From the human T2T-CHM13v2.0 reference genome, Homo sapiens: a stretch of 64,000 nucleotides of DNA. The position numbers and the translations under genes were made by a program. The stretch lies in assembly GCF_009914755.1 (NCBI RefSeq), contig NC_060939.1. One strand, given 5' to 3'. Positions 1-13,600 of the stretch are shown piece after piece. How positions within the stretch are numbered: the stretch's first letter is position 1; each line of letters opens with the position of its first letter. The notes beneath the pieces are model-generated. The model was given only the letters and a program-made list of their open reading frames with translations, ran no database searches and was not told the DNA's origin.

Positions 1-99
1 AAACATTTTTTAAATTTTTTCTTGACACTTTGTTGCTGTTAGCACTAATTTAGGAGGTCATTAATTTTTTTTTAATCAATCAATGAGCACTCAAACTGT

Positions 100-560
100 C
101 TCCCTGCCCTCAGTATTACTCTCTCTGCTTTAATCTCTTCTCCCTGCTGCTTCCAATATGACCTTTCTAAAATACAAGCTGCTCAGCTACTCATTCACTT
201 TAAAGCAATTCATATCTTGCTTCACCTTCAGGAAAAACAAATCCAATCATTTTAGCTTGTAAGCAAATCCCTTGATGACTCAGATCTAGAAGTTCCCATC
301 TTCATTCTGCTTACAAATCCCAGCATGCACTGTACTCCAGCCATGTGGTATAACGTACAGTCTTCTAAATATAAATACTCTTTCACTCACTTTTAAGTCT
401 TGGCATATGCTCTGTTTTCTTCCCAGGTTGCTTTTCTACCTCTTTGTCTGTCAAGTAAAGAGCTTATTCGACCATTAAAACTCAGTTATAGCGTCCTCAC
501 AATCCCCTCTCTCACTCCCAGAGACAATAGCTGCATGTGATACTTGCTCCAGTATAATCC
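100..560 (+). mobile_element. L2 LINE fragment (old, diverged)
   Basis: Pyrimidine-rich L2-like motifs (ctttctaaaatacaagct...ttcaccttcaggaaaaacaaatcc; tactccagcca). Boundaries approximate. Confidence 0.45.
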
Positions 561-1084
561 TTACATACTTCTACGTAACATTTCTAACATAATGTGCAAT
601 TATTTATTGGCATGGCTCTCTGCTCCATAAACTGAGTCATCTTTTTATTATTTTCTACATTCTTCATGTATAGAATAGTATACATACATAGAATAGTTGT
701 TATATTTGAATGAACAGTAATAAAATCATGAATAAAATAAACAACAAATAGAAGTGCAATAATATTCTGTAAAAGCATCAAGGAAGGAAGAGATATGTCT
801 TCCACAAATAAGGCCTTTAAACTCAGTCTTAAAGAATGGGTTGAATTTAGGCAGGCTGAAAATGAGACAGAAATTGATCCCTCATTACTCACAAGCAGGA
901 ACATTCTTTGGGAAACGTGCACCTGGGGAATTCCAAACATCACTTAGGAAGAGCACTTCTTCAGACTATTTCAGACAATAAAACCTCTTCTTTCTACCAA
1001 AGACACTCACTACCGGGTTCAAACTCAGGCCCTGGCTCCTGGATGTACTTTGACAATGGGAAATCATAAAACAAGCATTGGCTC

Positions 1085-1270
1085 ACGCTTTGAACAGTCC
1101 TAGATTCAAATCCTCTGCTTGCAGTATTTGTTATTGATCAGTCCTAAGTCTCCTTTATATCCTTTGTATAAAAGGAATAACATGCTCATTTTTAAGTAGG
1201 TTAACGTGAGAGTCAAATGAAATAATGTTTACTAAAGTGCCTGACACAATATTTGGCAAATAGTGCCCTG
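1085..1270 (+). mobile_element. MIR SINE
   Basis: Core tcctagattcaaatcc and 3' taaagtgcctgacacaatatttggcaaatagtgc motifs. Confidence 0.55.
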
Positions 1271-1904
1271 GAAATTTTAATTCCCTTTTCTGTTTCCCCA
1301 ATACACACTTGTCGTATTTTCCTTTTTATACACTCACTATATATTGCAGGAGGTGGAACACTATGTGCATTAGCTGTGTAGTGTACTAGGTGGCAGAAAC
1401 CATAATACCATGTAGGGCTGAGCATAAACAGTAAATCCTGCCATGTGTGCTGTGTTCTACTGACCTCTGTGATTCTCTGGAGGCCCACTGTGGCCTGGAT
1501 TGCTGACACAGGCATGAAGAAACTATGCTGCTTTTTCAAAACAGCTAGCTCATGTCACCTGATTTTGCACAGATTCAGAGCACCACACACATTCCATCTG
1601 ATTTGTGCTTAGAAGAGATAAAGAGAAAGAAATGCCTAAAAACAAAACCCACATGCTAAATCAGCTAGTTTTGAAGCTCCACTCAAGGTTGCACATAAAT
1701 AAATCTGTTCTTGGTCTCTATTTCTGTCATTCAGCAACACTGTGTAAGCATTTAGTATAGACACATCTATATCTGATGCTGTGAGGGTGAGGGACCCATA
1801 GAAGCAATGAAATTTCTATCACTCAGCTGATCATTGCATCTCCTGCTGCTTGAAAAGTAAATTAGTTTATCCAGTACTTATTTTCCTCTGTATGATACCA
1901 CATG

Positions 1905-2030
1905 AATTCATTTATTTGACAAATACTATTTAAGCATCTACTATGTGCTAGGAACAGAGTTACATGCTAGAGATTCTGTGGGAGACAGCATAGAAAAGGC
2001 ATGTGGTTACAAAGCTAAATGTCTAGCAAG
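1905..2030 (-). mobile_element. L2 3' end fragment
   Basis: attcatttatttgacaaatactatttaagcatctactatgtgctagg is the reverse complement of the L2 3' terminus. Confidence 0.55.
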
Positions 2031-2333
2031 ACAATTAACAACCAACTTAAGCAATTCTCTTGTTCACAGAACTAGTATGATGTGCAGAGGGACAGAGAAA
2101 GCATAATTATTTAGCAAAATATATATTGATCACTAGGCAGTAAAAATGAGTCAGAATATATAGAAAATGGGAAAAGATTAATTGACATTGATTTACTATA
2201 GATGCAGAGGCAGGTTCTGAAGGAATTCTCAGTGGATGATTTGGGTCATGAGTTATTATGGATAAGAGTATTGGGAGCAGATGGAGAGGTCAGAGCTAGA
2301 GTGATATATCAAAGAAATAAGACAGAGACAACC

Positions 2334-2730
2334 TGTATTGTTTTCTATTGCACGTAACAAATTATCACAAACCTGAGAAGGATTTATCTGGCTCCACTTC
2401 TCAGAGTATCACAAAGCTGCAATCAAGGTGTCAGCTGGCTGCATCCTCATCTGAGGGCTCAGTTCGTGGCTGTTGCAGAACTCATGCATACTGTGTCTTC
2501 ACAGCTTACAAGGGAGTCTAACACTTCACTGCTTTTAAGGAGCTCACCTCACTGGGTCAGCCTCCCTGAGGATAATCTCTTTTTTGACTAACTCAAAGTC
2601 AACTGATTGGTAATCTAATCACCGGACTGACATGCTGTCCTGTGTACTAGCTGCAACGGAACACACTGTACAGAGCAAGGACACTAGGGGACAGGAATCT
2701 TGGAGGCCACATTAGGGTTTTTCTCCAGGT
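2334..2730 (-). mobile_element. MLT1 (MLT1E-like) ERVL-MaLR solo LTR
   Basis: Starts tgtattg...gtaacaaattatcacaaac; contains gcaatcaaggtgtcagc and ggataatctcttttttgactaactcaaagtcaactgatt. Confidence 0.7.
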
Positions 2731-2824
2731 CAAACAGGCAGCTGCCAATTAACGGTTCCACTGATGACAAAAGGTTCCACGGTTAGCTGTCTTTATCCTA
2801 CATGTCCCTGTGTGGAGGAGACCT

Positions 2825-2935
2825 GCAGTGCATGAGAGTTAGACTCCAGAATTGAACCACTTGAGTTCAAATCCTGCCTCCACTTCTTCATAGCTGTGTG
2901 ATCTCAGGTACAATACTTAACATCTCTAATGCAGG
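2825..2935 (+). mobile_element. MIR SINE fragment
   Basis: gagttcaaatcctgcctccacttcttcatagctgtgtgatctcagg MIR core. Confidence 0.6.
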
Positions 2936-3066
2936 AATGATGAGTTAACTCAAAAAGATTTTGATTTCATCCTCTGTAGATATTATCTATTATGATAATT
3001 TAAAATCTAATCACAAATTTTCAATAGTACAAATGTAATCATTTAGTATATTTAATTTCATAATAA

Positions 3067-3368
<302 letters not shown>

Positions 3369-3480
3369 AATAAATTTCTTAAGATTATGGTTGTGATTCT
3401 TTCTCCTTGAAAATTAAGTAAAGGTCATCAACTACCAACTTGCATATTAATAGAAAATATTGTGATTAGAGTGAAAATCT

Positions 3481-3526
3481 TATTCTGAAGACCGCACAGT
3501 ATTTATTCTGAAGACCACACAGTATT
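3481..3526. repeat. 23-bp tandem duplication
   Basis: tattctgaagaccgcacagtatt followed directly by tattctgaagaccacacagtatt (1 mismatch). Confidence 0.9.
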
Positions 3527-5439
3527 TTAATGTATTACTCACAAAAAATACTCTGGTTTGTTGAATTAGGTAAAACAATTGAGCTAATAAGTATTAGACC
3601 CCTGCTTCCAATGAGCAGGTCTTCAGAGTAACTAAGGCAATGAAAAGAGCCTTTGCTTGTTACACAAAATCTTGGAGGCACAAGGCAATGAAGAATATAT
3701 TCCCTACTTTTGATGTCTGTGGAGAGGAACAACTGAATCCTTGTTAAAAGTTAGTGCTACCTGAGTGGATATCTTTCTAGTTAGAAATATATACTTGAGC
3801 CTGGCTTACTTCTTTGTCATCCCATTAATAACATTGATAACCTCTAGGAGACACAATCTTCACATCCATCAAGAACCACAGAACTTCAAAGAAGGTAACC
3901 TGGACTGTGAATGTGTCCTGCCTTGGAAACCAGGGTGGTACAGTGGGCAGACCTACAACTGGTACCACTGCCTTCTTGTTTATCCAGACCATCCAAAACA
4001 TTTCCTTTTCCAAGAGTCTAAATTGAAATGCTCAGTAGCATGAGTCTCCATGAGAATGTTATGCATAATTCAGCTAGGCCATTATAAGCTAACATAGGAA
4101 CCCATGGAAACTAACATAGCAGTGGTTTTCATATTGTATTAAAGTGAGTAGGTCTAAAGCATTGGTTCTCAACCTTTGTTTCTCAAACATAGAGCCCGGG
4201 GTGGTGGGGCTGACATTAGGTATAAGGCAGGTGATCTTGAAACCATACTTTGAGAAAATCTATTCTGACAAATAGCAGGAACATTGGGTGGCTGTAAATT
4301 ATCTAGGGAAAGGCCATCCAGGCATAGACTACAATAATGTCGGGAGTGAGATAAGGTGAGGTGGATGCTTTTTATTTTTTTATTTTTATTTTTCGGTGTT
4401 TATTAGCTCAGTTTCTCCTTTTGAGGCAAAAACTTTGTGTCACCCAGAAGAGATATTTAGCAGAAAGATTTTTCCCCTCAAACTCTTTCAGCTCTGAGAG
4501 CTTGCATTTTATCATTTAGACATAGAACATGAGAGAATTCTATAATACAAGGTAACAACATAATGCAACTAAATGACATGATAACAACTCCCCTAACATA
4601 CATTTTTAGGATTACTTATATCTATGCTCAGTTGGCGGAAAAAAGTCACTCAACTCACACAGAGATTTCTCAGCTTACAAAATGGCAACAGACCTGAGCA
4701 AACTAAAAATGCTTAAGAAATATTTCTAATCACAAAAATAAGAAATTAGCTTATTTTGAAATATAAGTATTTATACTCATCAACTAGCATAGAGTTAAAT
4801 AGGGTGTTAGTTATTCTTATTATTTTCTTCAGCAGGAAAATTTTTACCTTGAAAAGACCTTGAGAAGATCGGAAAATTTACAATGGAGAAAAAAATAAAA
4901 GTAGGACCTAATTAACTTAGCTTCTTTCCTTTCGTGACAAGCTCTGTGAGGGCTCCAGGATATGCACTCCCACTCCTTAAGTATAAGTTTGATTTTTACC
5001 CTCCCACAAGAAGGCTGTTTTCTCCTAGCAGATAGGGCCTCTCTGCTTCTCAGAGGCCTGGCTATTATGACATCTGATGCAAGCCAGGCCAGGTTGCAAT
5101 CACAGAACCACCAGTGGACCTTTTGTCTGCCTTTCCAGGAGCAGAGCAGTCCCTTTTGGAGCTGCTGGAATTCCCCCATTTGGCAGTGCCATGAGTGAAG
5201 AAGCGTGTTGAGAAGAGAGTCTAGGGGTTCTAGTTCTAGAGTCAGAGGTGGCACTGCTGAGCAACTTTAACCTAGTTAGATAACCTCCCTACACTTCACT
5301 TTTTTCAACTGGAATTAAAGCAGTTAGATGAGAACTAAACATGCTTCCATATCTGGCCTTTCATTATTCTGTCATTTAAAGCTCAAGTTTAAATGTGGAA
5401 AATCAGAATAATCATGAATCAGGAAATCCAAAGTCTTAG

Positions 5440-5910
5440 AATATATCCCAAAATTCTTATGTAATCTTGTCTCTGCATGCCCAGGCCTTGACATTCTCCT
5501 CCTTGTTCAATGTACTCTGCATAGTCTGTTTTTCCCCAACACAGTCTTTGCCTTTGCTGCCTCTTCCTTCTGTGAGATTTTTGCACAGTCCTCAGCCTGG
5601 CTAGCCTTCCCATCTCAACACAAATGCTACTCTGTCAGGAATGCTTTTCCTGACTCTCTCAGTCTAATAAGGTTCCTAATAAATACTTCTTTCTGTAACA
5701 TTTTATTATTTTCTTTACACCATCATTGATGTTTGTTATTTATATCTAACAGTTTTATTTGTTAGACGTCTTTTTCTTCCGGAAGACCGTAGGCTCCCTC
5801 AGGACAGGGATAGTGCCCACTAGTTCAGTACTGAGTCTCTCACTCAGTGCCCAAAACATAGTGAGCCATTTCAAATAGATGACAAATGAATGAATGAATG
5901 AATGAATGAA
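5440..5910 (+). mobile_element. L2a 3' region ending in a (TGAA)n tail
   Basis: aggctccctcaggacagggatagtgc...cagtgcccaaaacatagtgagc...aaatgaatgaatgaatgaatgaa, the typical L2 3' end. Confidence 0.7.
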
Positions 5911-6207
5911 TCAGTCAATTTCTGCAATTTCTTCCCCACTCCAACATAGGAAACAGAATGTCCCTGTTCCCATTAATGAATGAGATATATATCTAGGTGT
6001 CTTTCATCTCTGCCCTAATGTGTTATCTGGAACCTCACCTCCTTTGAAGACTTTCTTATCATCTGTATCCCTCCATCCAGGCCTCTACTCTCTGTAATTT
6101 ATGTATACCAGGTTTCCCTTCCTCTTTTAACCCCTAGAGATTATTAAAGGAGATGTGTCTGTTCTATGCCTTGCTTATATATTCCATGAACAAATAATAT
6201 TCCCTGA

Positions 6208-6583
6208 AGTATTAGCTATTAGTGCTGTAACAAATTATCACAAACTTGGTGGCTTAAACAACATAAAATTATCATTTTGTAGTTCCAGAGGTCAGGAGTC
6301 TAAAAGGTATTTCCATGGGCTAAAATTGTGTTCCTTCTGGAGGCTCTAGGGGAGAATCTGTTTCCTTGCCCCTTTCCAGCTTCTAGAGGCTGCCCACATT
6401 CCTTAGCTCATGGCCCTCTTCCTCCAACTTTACAGCCAGCAGAGTCAGGTTGAGCCCTTCCTACCTCAAATCATTCTGACTTCCACTGTTGTAGTTATAG
6501 TAAGGTAACCTTCATAGATTCCGGGGATTAGAACATGGGCTTCTTTTTCTGAGGGGTTGTGGGACATTATTCTATATGCCATG
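6208..6583 (-). mobile_element. MLT1 (MLT1C-like) solo LTR
   Basis: gctgtaacaaattatcacaaacttggtggcttaaacaac...ttctggaggctctaggggagaatctgtttccttgcc...ggggattagaacatggg. Confidence 0.8.
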
Positions 6584-7857
6584 GGTAGTACATTTCCAAT
6601 TTACTCTATATTTAATGTCTACATTTAATACGTCTTTTCGAACACTTATTATAATGTTATATGACAAGAATTATATACCGTAGTGTAGCCATGTTTGTTA
6701 CATTTGTGAAAGTCTATTATTCCTAATGAATATCAAGAATATAGTGAAAATTCATATTTGATCTTATTTATCTTCACAGCAACCCTGCTAGAAAGCTTTA
6801 CAGACAAGCAGCAGCGATTCAGAGATCTTCTACAGCTTACCTAATGTCTGACACCTAATAAAGGGTGGAACCAGGATAGAAAACAATTTGGCACAATAAT
6901 CAAGCTCTTTCCACTGCTCCAAATATCCAACCATCTTTATGTGGTTCCCTTTTGTTAATTTCATCATGTGAAACCGCTGCAGCTTCCAGGTGGCAGAAAC
7001 TCTCCGCTCAGCAGATTGGGTCCTAATTAAGGCCTATTGTGTGTTGACACTCTTCCTCTGCAGACTGAGATAAAGGCCTCAGACAGTTTCAAAACCTGTC
7101 CATACATGGGAAAATGGGTCTTTCTCACAGCAGAAGAAATCTTGTATCTTTGCAAAAATTATTTTATTGGGGTGACACCAGGATGAAGGGAAGACAGAAT
7201 ATAGAAAATACAATGCAATTTTAGTAGAGCATTAGGTTTAGTTAGGAAGAAAAGCATTCCCCCACTTCCCCTGAAATAAGACAGCTCCACACTATAGCAT
7301 ATGGGGTGGTTAGCTGAATACGAAGGTGAGCTTACTCAAGGTGAGGACTGTAGAATCTAGTTATAAATGATATCTCTGAGGTCTCAGAAATCACTGGGGA
7401 ACATCAGTCTTCTTAAACTGATGGAGTACCTGCTACACTAAGGCGGTATCTGGCATCTCACCCTTTATATTAAAGCCAGAGATGAATTAACTTCAAATAT
7501 GAAGTTTTCCAAAATTATACATCCTTCTAGCTATTTCCCCAAGCAGTTATTAAAATATAATTTTCAAAAGTTTAAAAGCAAAACAAACATGCAAGTATAA
7601 AATGAACATATGTCAAAGGTGTTACGTAATGAAGAAAAAAAGCAGCAAGAAAACAGTTAAGAATACATTTGAGAACCTACAGATTTATAGGTAACTTAAG
7701 AAAGGACTGTAAGGATGAGATTGTGGTGCTGGATGTAAAACCAGTTAATGTCTAACAGAGCACTAAATTGTGATTTTGGAATTATTTTTCCCACTGGTGA
7801 GATTTTTTTTTCACCTCTGTTGGATGAACATGTTTAAGTTAACCATACTCCCTAGAA

Positions 7858-8175
7858 CTGCGTTTCTCAAATTGGCACTATCAACATTTTGTTTGGTGGT
7901 CTGTCTTGTGCATTATAGGATGTTTAGAAGCATTCTCAGCCAGTAGCATACATGCCCCCACCCCACAGTAGTGACAATAAAAAATATATCCCAGCTGAGA
8001 GTAGTGCTGAGCATCTGTAATTCTAAGTATTCAGGAGGCTGAGGTGGGAGGATGACTTGAGCCCAGGAGTTTTAGGCCAGCAGGACCCCAGCTCAAAAAA
8101 CATATATATAAAAAAGAAAACATAAAAAAAAGTCAAGACATTGTCCTATGCCTCCTGAAAGGAAAACAGAAGTTG
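7858..8175. mobile_element. MER20 (hAT-Charlie) DNA transposon, interrupted by an Alu monomer
   Basis: ttctcaaattggcactatcaacatttt...ctgtcttgtgcattataggatgtttag; MER20 resumes as agacattgtcctatgcctcctg after the Alu monomer A-tail. Confidence 0.65.
7993..8131 (+). mobile_element. FLAM / Alu left monomer
   Basis: caggaggctgaggtgggaggatgacttgagcccaggagttt followed by an A-rich tail. Confidence 0.75.
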
Positions 8176-8542
8176 TTTTACAGAGGTAAAAAAAAAAAAA
8201 AAAAACTTCAAAATAGGCAGAAAAGATTACTGAATCTTCTTTCAGTGCAGTACTAGGCTTGTACCTTTGCTCCAGTGTCTTTTGACTCAGCTATTTTATT
8301 TCACTCTCTAAGGTAGTGGTTCTTCATCAGGAATGATTTTAAGGTGTACTTCTATTATAACTCACACTAATTATTTTCTGTTCAGCTCTGCTACTTAATA
8401 TGTTCCATCATTAGTTGGGTAGGAAAAAAAGTAACTTGATTATATCTTTGCCAAAAATGACCAGTTTTTCAAAGGATGTAGTAAATTGTGAGTAGCCATT
8501 TTTAGTCCTCTTTTTTACACTGTCACTTTGTTTCTATGTTTA

Positions 8543-9148
8543 TTTTTTATTTTATTGTTTTAAATTTCAACTTTCATTTTAGATTCCGGGGGTACCTTGC
8601 AGTTTTATGGGTATATTGTATGACGCTTCTATGGGTATACTGCATAATGCTGAAGTTTGGGGAACAACTGATCCCATCACCCAGGTAGCAAACATAGTGC
8701 CTAATACATAGTTTTTCAGCCTTTGCCTCCCTCATTTGCAACCCCTGCCCCACTTTTTGAGTATTTTTCCCATCATTGTGTCCATGTGAACTCAATATTT
8801 AGCTCCCAACATCATGCTGATACCAAAATCTGGCAAAGACATAACAAAAAAAAAAAAAAGAAGAAAGAAAACTACAGGTCAATATCCTTGATGAACATAG
8901 ATGCAAAATTCCTCAACAAAATACTAGCAAACCAAATCAAAAAGTAATTCAAATACTTTTTGAAATCAAAGTAAATCAAAGCACATCAAAAAGGTAATTC
9001 ACCATGATCAAGTAGCCTTTATTCCTGGGATGCAAGGTTGGTTCAACATATACACATCAATAAATGTGGCCCATCACATAAACAGAACTAAAAACAAAAA
9101 CCATGTGATTATCTCAATATAGACAGAAAAATTCAGCATCGCTTCACA
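8543..9148 (-). mobile_element. Short L1PA13-16-type LINE-1 with inverted 5' piece
   Basis: 3' UTR on minus strand (8543-~8806) joined to a plus-strand ORF2 piece ([25 protein letters not shown]); TSD tttctatgttta (8531-8542) / tttctatcttta (9149-9160). Confidence 0.85.
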
Positions 9149-9378
9149 TTTCTATCTTTAATCCTGCTCTAGACATTTGAGTCAGAATGTGCCAGTGTAA
9201 TTAATTTCAATGTTACAAGGTGTGTAATTAAATTCAGTGGTAACTGTTCACCTCTCACATATTGGTAACACCAATTTCCCAATAGAACTGTGTCCTCTCT
9301 AATCTCCCCATTCTGTCTGTAAAGAAAATATTATTATTAGCTTTGTGATCCTTGGTGATGTTAATTATAATCAAGATA

Positions 9379-9695
9379 CAGGTCAACGTGTCTCTGTCTG
9401 AAACTCTTAAAGATAAGTGGACTTTTAAGTTCAGAATTTTTCAAAATTTAAAAAGGTGATATGATACATATTTTAGGACATTCCCAGCAAGGGCTAGGGC
9501 AGCATTTAATAATTAAATACTTTAATATTTCTAGTGCTAAACAAATGGGTATACACACCAAATGGGAATAAGTCTACTAATAGCCTCACAGGCTCGCTTT
9601 CAGGTCAGGCTTTCCTACCAAATGAGTTTCTGCAAAAGATTTTGGTTCCCAGAGTCTTTGGATTTCAGAATTTTTAATTAGGGATTTTGGATCTC
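9379..9695. mobile_element. MER46C-like TcMar-Tigger MITE
   Basis: Starts caggtcaacg; contains cccagcaagggctagggcagc and caggtcaggctttcctaccaaatgagtt; ends gggattttggatct. Confidence 0.55.
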
Positions 9696-9714
9696 AAATA
9701 ATAAAAATAGCAAC

Positions 9715-9905
9715 AATGTCCAATATTTAGAAGTATTTACCATGGGACAGGCTTTGTGTTGTATTTTATGTATTAAATCACTTCAATCTTCTCTCACAAC
9801 TCTGCCAGCTACCTTTATCAACCCTATTCCACAGATGAGGTTTGATGAGTTAGACACTTGCTCAAGGTCATTAAGATTTAGACAGAGGAAATTTTATCCA
9901 GGGCT
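9715..9905 (-). mobile_element. MIR SINE
   Basis: cctattccacagatgagg...cttgctcaaggtca reverse MIR core. Confidence 0.55.
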
Positions 9906-10684
9906 AGGGTCCAAAATAGGATTATCTGCTGAAACCTAATAATTCTACCTCCATTTAGCACTCAATCTTTTCTGTTCTTGTTTTCTGTATCCATAAGTCT
10001 ATCAAAGATGGGTCAAGAACATCATGTTTGTAAATGAAAGACAGTATATTATGTTCCTTCTGCATTGCCTGAATATTTTACTCATTCTACTATTTATCTC
10101 ATTCTACTTAGATTCACAGGGTTCCTTTGCCAGGCTAATTTATTTTAAACCTTCCTATCAAGAGTTTCATAGGCACAAATCGGACACTCAGTATGTATAT
10201 ATTGAAAAACTGGCGGTCAATATTTCAGCTGTTTCTAAAAGCATTTCTCCTGCTGATACAGGCTCAGGAACAGTTATAATCCACATGACACCTTCATGAA
10301 ACACTTCCCAAATGATTTCACTAAAATTTTTATATGGGAAAAGTCTACTAAAAGATTGACCCAAAGACAACCCAGTAGGGAATAATAGAGTGGCTAGAAT
10401 ATGAGTCTTCCCCTTATGGAACATTTATAAATAGCCCTTTTGTATGTGACATTTTGGGGATTACAAATATGTATGTTGTCTGTCACTAGGGCCATAATTT
10501 TCAAGTGCTTTTAAAAGTCAGTAAAGAAGTGCTTTGCATTCTCACTAAGTAACGCATCAGCATTAGTTCTATGACCGTAGAGCTATCAGTTAACCATGAA
10601 ATTTCATCTCCATTTTTTTCTTCAGTCCTCACTTTTAGAACTATAAAGAAGTCCTTACATTTAAGTCTATGAAATAGGGTACTA

Positions 10685-13600
10685 TTTACATGGTATTATT
10701 TCATACCACTACTTTGAACCTATTCATATCTTTTGTAGCTAACATGTATCTCCTGTAGGCAGCATGTTGTTGGATCTTGTTTTTAATATAGTCTGACAAA
10801 CTGTCTCTTGATTAAATTGTTTAATGCATTTACATTTTTAAAAATAGCCTAATTGAGATGTAATTCACACACATATTATTCACCTTTTTAAAATATAAAC
10901 TTCAATTGTTTTAGTATATTCATAAGTTTGTACAACCATCAATAACATCTGATTTCAGAACACTTTCAACCAGTCCCTATCTAAAACATTTTAAAAAGAA
11001 ACCCTGTATCTTTACCCTAGCCCTTGGCAATGATTAATCTAACTCCTGTCTACATTCCTTCACTCTGTAACACATGTATTTTATTTCTTATTATGGCTGA
11101 ATAATGTTCCTTTGTATGGATGAGCCATTTTGCTTATTCATTTATTAGTTTATGGATATTTGGGTTGGTTTCCACTTAACTATAATATGTGAGACTGATA
11201 TGAATATTTGTATACATGTTTTTGTATAAAAAAGTTTTCAATGCTATTGGGTATATATCTAATTATGGAGCTGCTGGGGCATGTGGTAACTCCATGTTTA
11301 ACAGGTTGAAGAACTTCTCAAATTGTTTTCCCAAGTGGCTACACATTGTATATTCCCATAAGCACTGTAAGAGTGTTTGGATTTCTCTACATCCTCCTCA
11401 ACACTTATTATTGGCCATCTTCTTGTAACAATCCTAGGGAGTATGAAGTAACATTTCATTGTAGTATTAATTTGCACTTCCATAAAGAGTAATATTGAAC
11501 ATAAATTTTATGTGCTTATTAACATTTTTTATCTTCTTTGGAGAAGTGTTTATCCAAATCATTTGCCCAGTTACTGTGTTTTATGTATTTTTATTGTTAT
11601 AAGAGTTCTTTAAGTGGGTATGAGTACCTTATATTATAACACATTTGATTTGCAAATATTCTTCCACTTTAAGGGTTGTATTTTTACTTTTTTGATGATG
11701 TCCTTTATATAAAGTTTTTTTTAATTTAGGAAATTCTAATTTATTTGTTGATTTAGCTTTGTGATCATAGCTGAGAATCCATTCCATAATCCAAGCCCAC
11801 AATAATCTACTCCTGTTTTATTTGAAGAGTTTTATAATTTAAGCTCTTAAGTTTAGTTCTCTAATGTGCTGTGAGTTAAATTCTGTATGTAGTTTGAGGT
11901 AGGGGTCCAACTTCATTCTTTTTCAATGTTTACTTTTCCTGGCATGATTTGTTGAAAACTATTCTCTCTCCACTGTATTATATAAGTACCTTTGTGGAAA
12001 TCAAATGACCATAATGTCAGGGTTTACTTCAGAATTTTCAATTATATTCCAGTGATCTATATCTGTAAGCCAGTACTACACTATAGTGATTACTGTAGCT
12101 TTGTCATAAGTTTTGATATCAGGAAGTTTGAGTCCTCCAATTTTGAGAGCTGCTTTGGAGATTCTAGCTGGGAGTTCTGCTACTTGTATACCTTCAATGG
12201 AAGAATGGTTTTCCTCTATTGAGGAAGGTCGTCCTCTTTGACCAAGGCCTCAGCTTTGGGAGGGGCACACATGGAGTGGTGTGGGAGGAAGGGAACACCT
12301 ACCTAACCAGCTCTGTCAGTTGAATTAACCTTGGCCATCAATTAGGTGACAGATGTCACATGCAGGTCACCCTCACATCTGAGTCATCCAACTTTGTTCT
12401 TTCCTTCTGAATTTTTTTTTTTTAACTATTCTAGGTCTCTTGCAGTTTCATATGAATTCAATATGTATTTGTCTACTTCTACAAACAAAGAAAAGCATTT
12501 GGCATCTTGATACGGATTGCAGTAATTCTCAACATCAATTTGGAGAGCATTACAATTCTAAAATATTTACTCTTCCAAGCCATGAATATGGCTTGTCTAA
12601 TTATTTAGTTCTTTTTAAATTTCTTTCAGCAATGTTTTATAATTAACAATGCAAACTCTTGCAGTAGTTTGCTAAATATATTCCTAAATATTTATATTTT
12701 ATTCTATTATAAATGAAATTATTTTATTAATATTATTTTTGAATCACTAAATTATTCCAGTTTTTGTCTCCTGTATTTGGGACTTTGCTGTTAGATGTGT
12801 ATATATTTATAATTGTTACACCTATTTGATGAATTAAATATTTTACTATCATAAATTATTTTTTCAAGACAAAAATATTATCTAAATCTATTTTGTCTAC
12901 ATATAGCCAATCAAATTATCTGTGTACTGTTTACATGGTATGTCTTTTTTCTTCCTTTTTCTTTCTACCTATTTGTGTCTCTGAATCTAAAGCATTTCTC
13001 TTATAGACAATATGTATTTTAATTATAGGGTTTTATTTAATTCATTTTTCCAATCTGCTTTAAGAGTTTAGTCCATTTACATTAATTCAATTACTGTTAC
13101 AATAGGATTTGTATCTTCCATCTTGCTACTTGTTTTCTGTGTGCCTTATTTCTTTCTTGATCCTCTATTCTTTCCTTACTGCCTTCTGTTGTGTCAAAGA
13201 GATATGCTCTTATAGATCATCTTAATTCTCTTGTTTTTTTCTTTTACTATTTGTTTTGAGGTATTTTCCAATTTATTGGCTGGTAGATTACAAGTAACAA
13301 CTTTTCGTAAAACAGTACCAACTTAATTTCAATGGTATGTAGAAACTTTGACTATAGCTCTGTTCCTTCTTTTTTGTACTATCATTTTATGCAAATTAAA
13401 TATTTACACATTAAAAGGCTGGATGGTTTATAACTGTTTTATAGCTATTGCTTAATGCACTTGTATTTTCAGTAAGGTAGGAGAAGAAATATGTTACAAA
13501 AATTAAATGTGTATTTACTTTTACCAGTGTTATTTCTTCTTGCGGGTTTGAATTATTAATAGCCCTTCATTTCAGCCTGAAAGATTTTATTATTTCTTAT

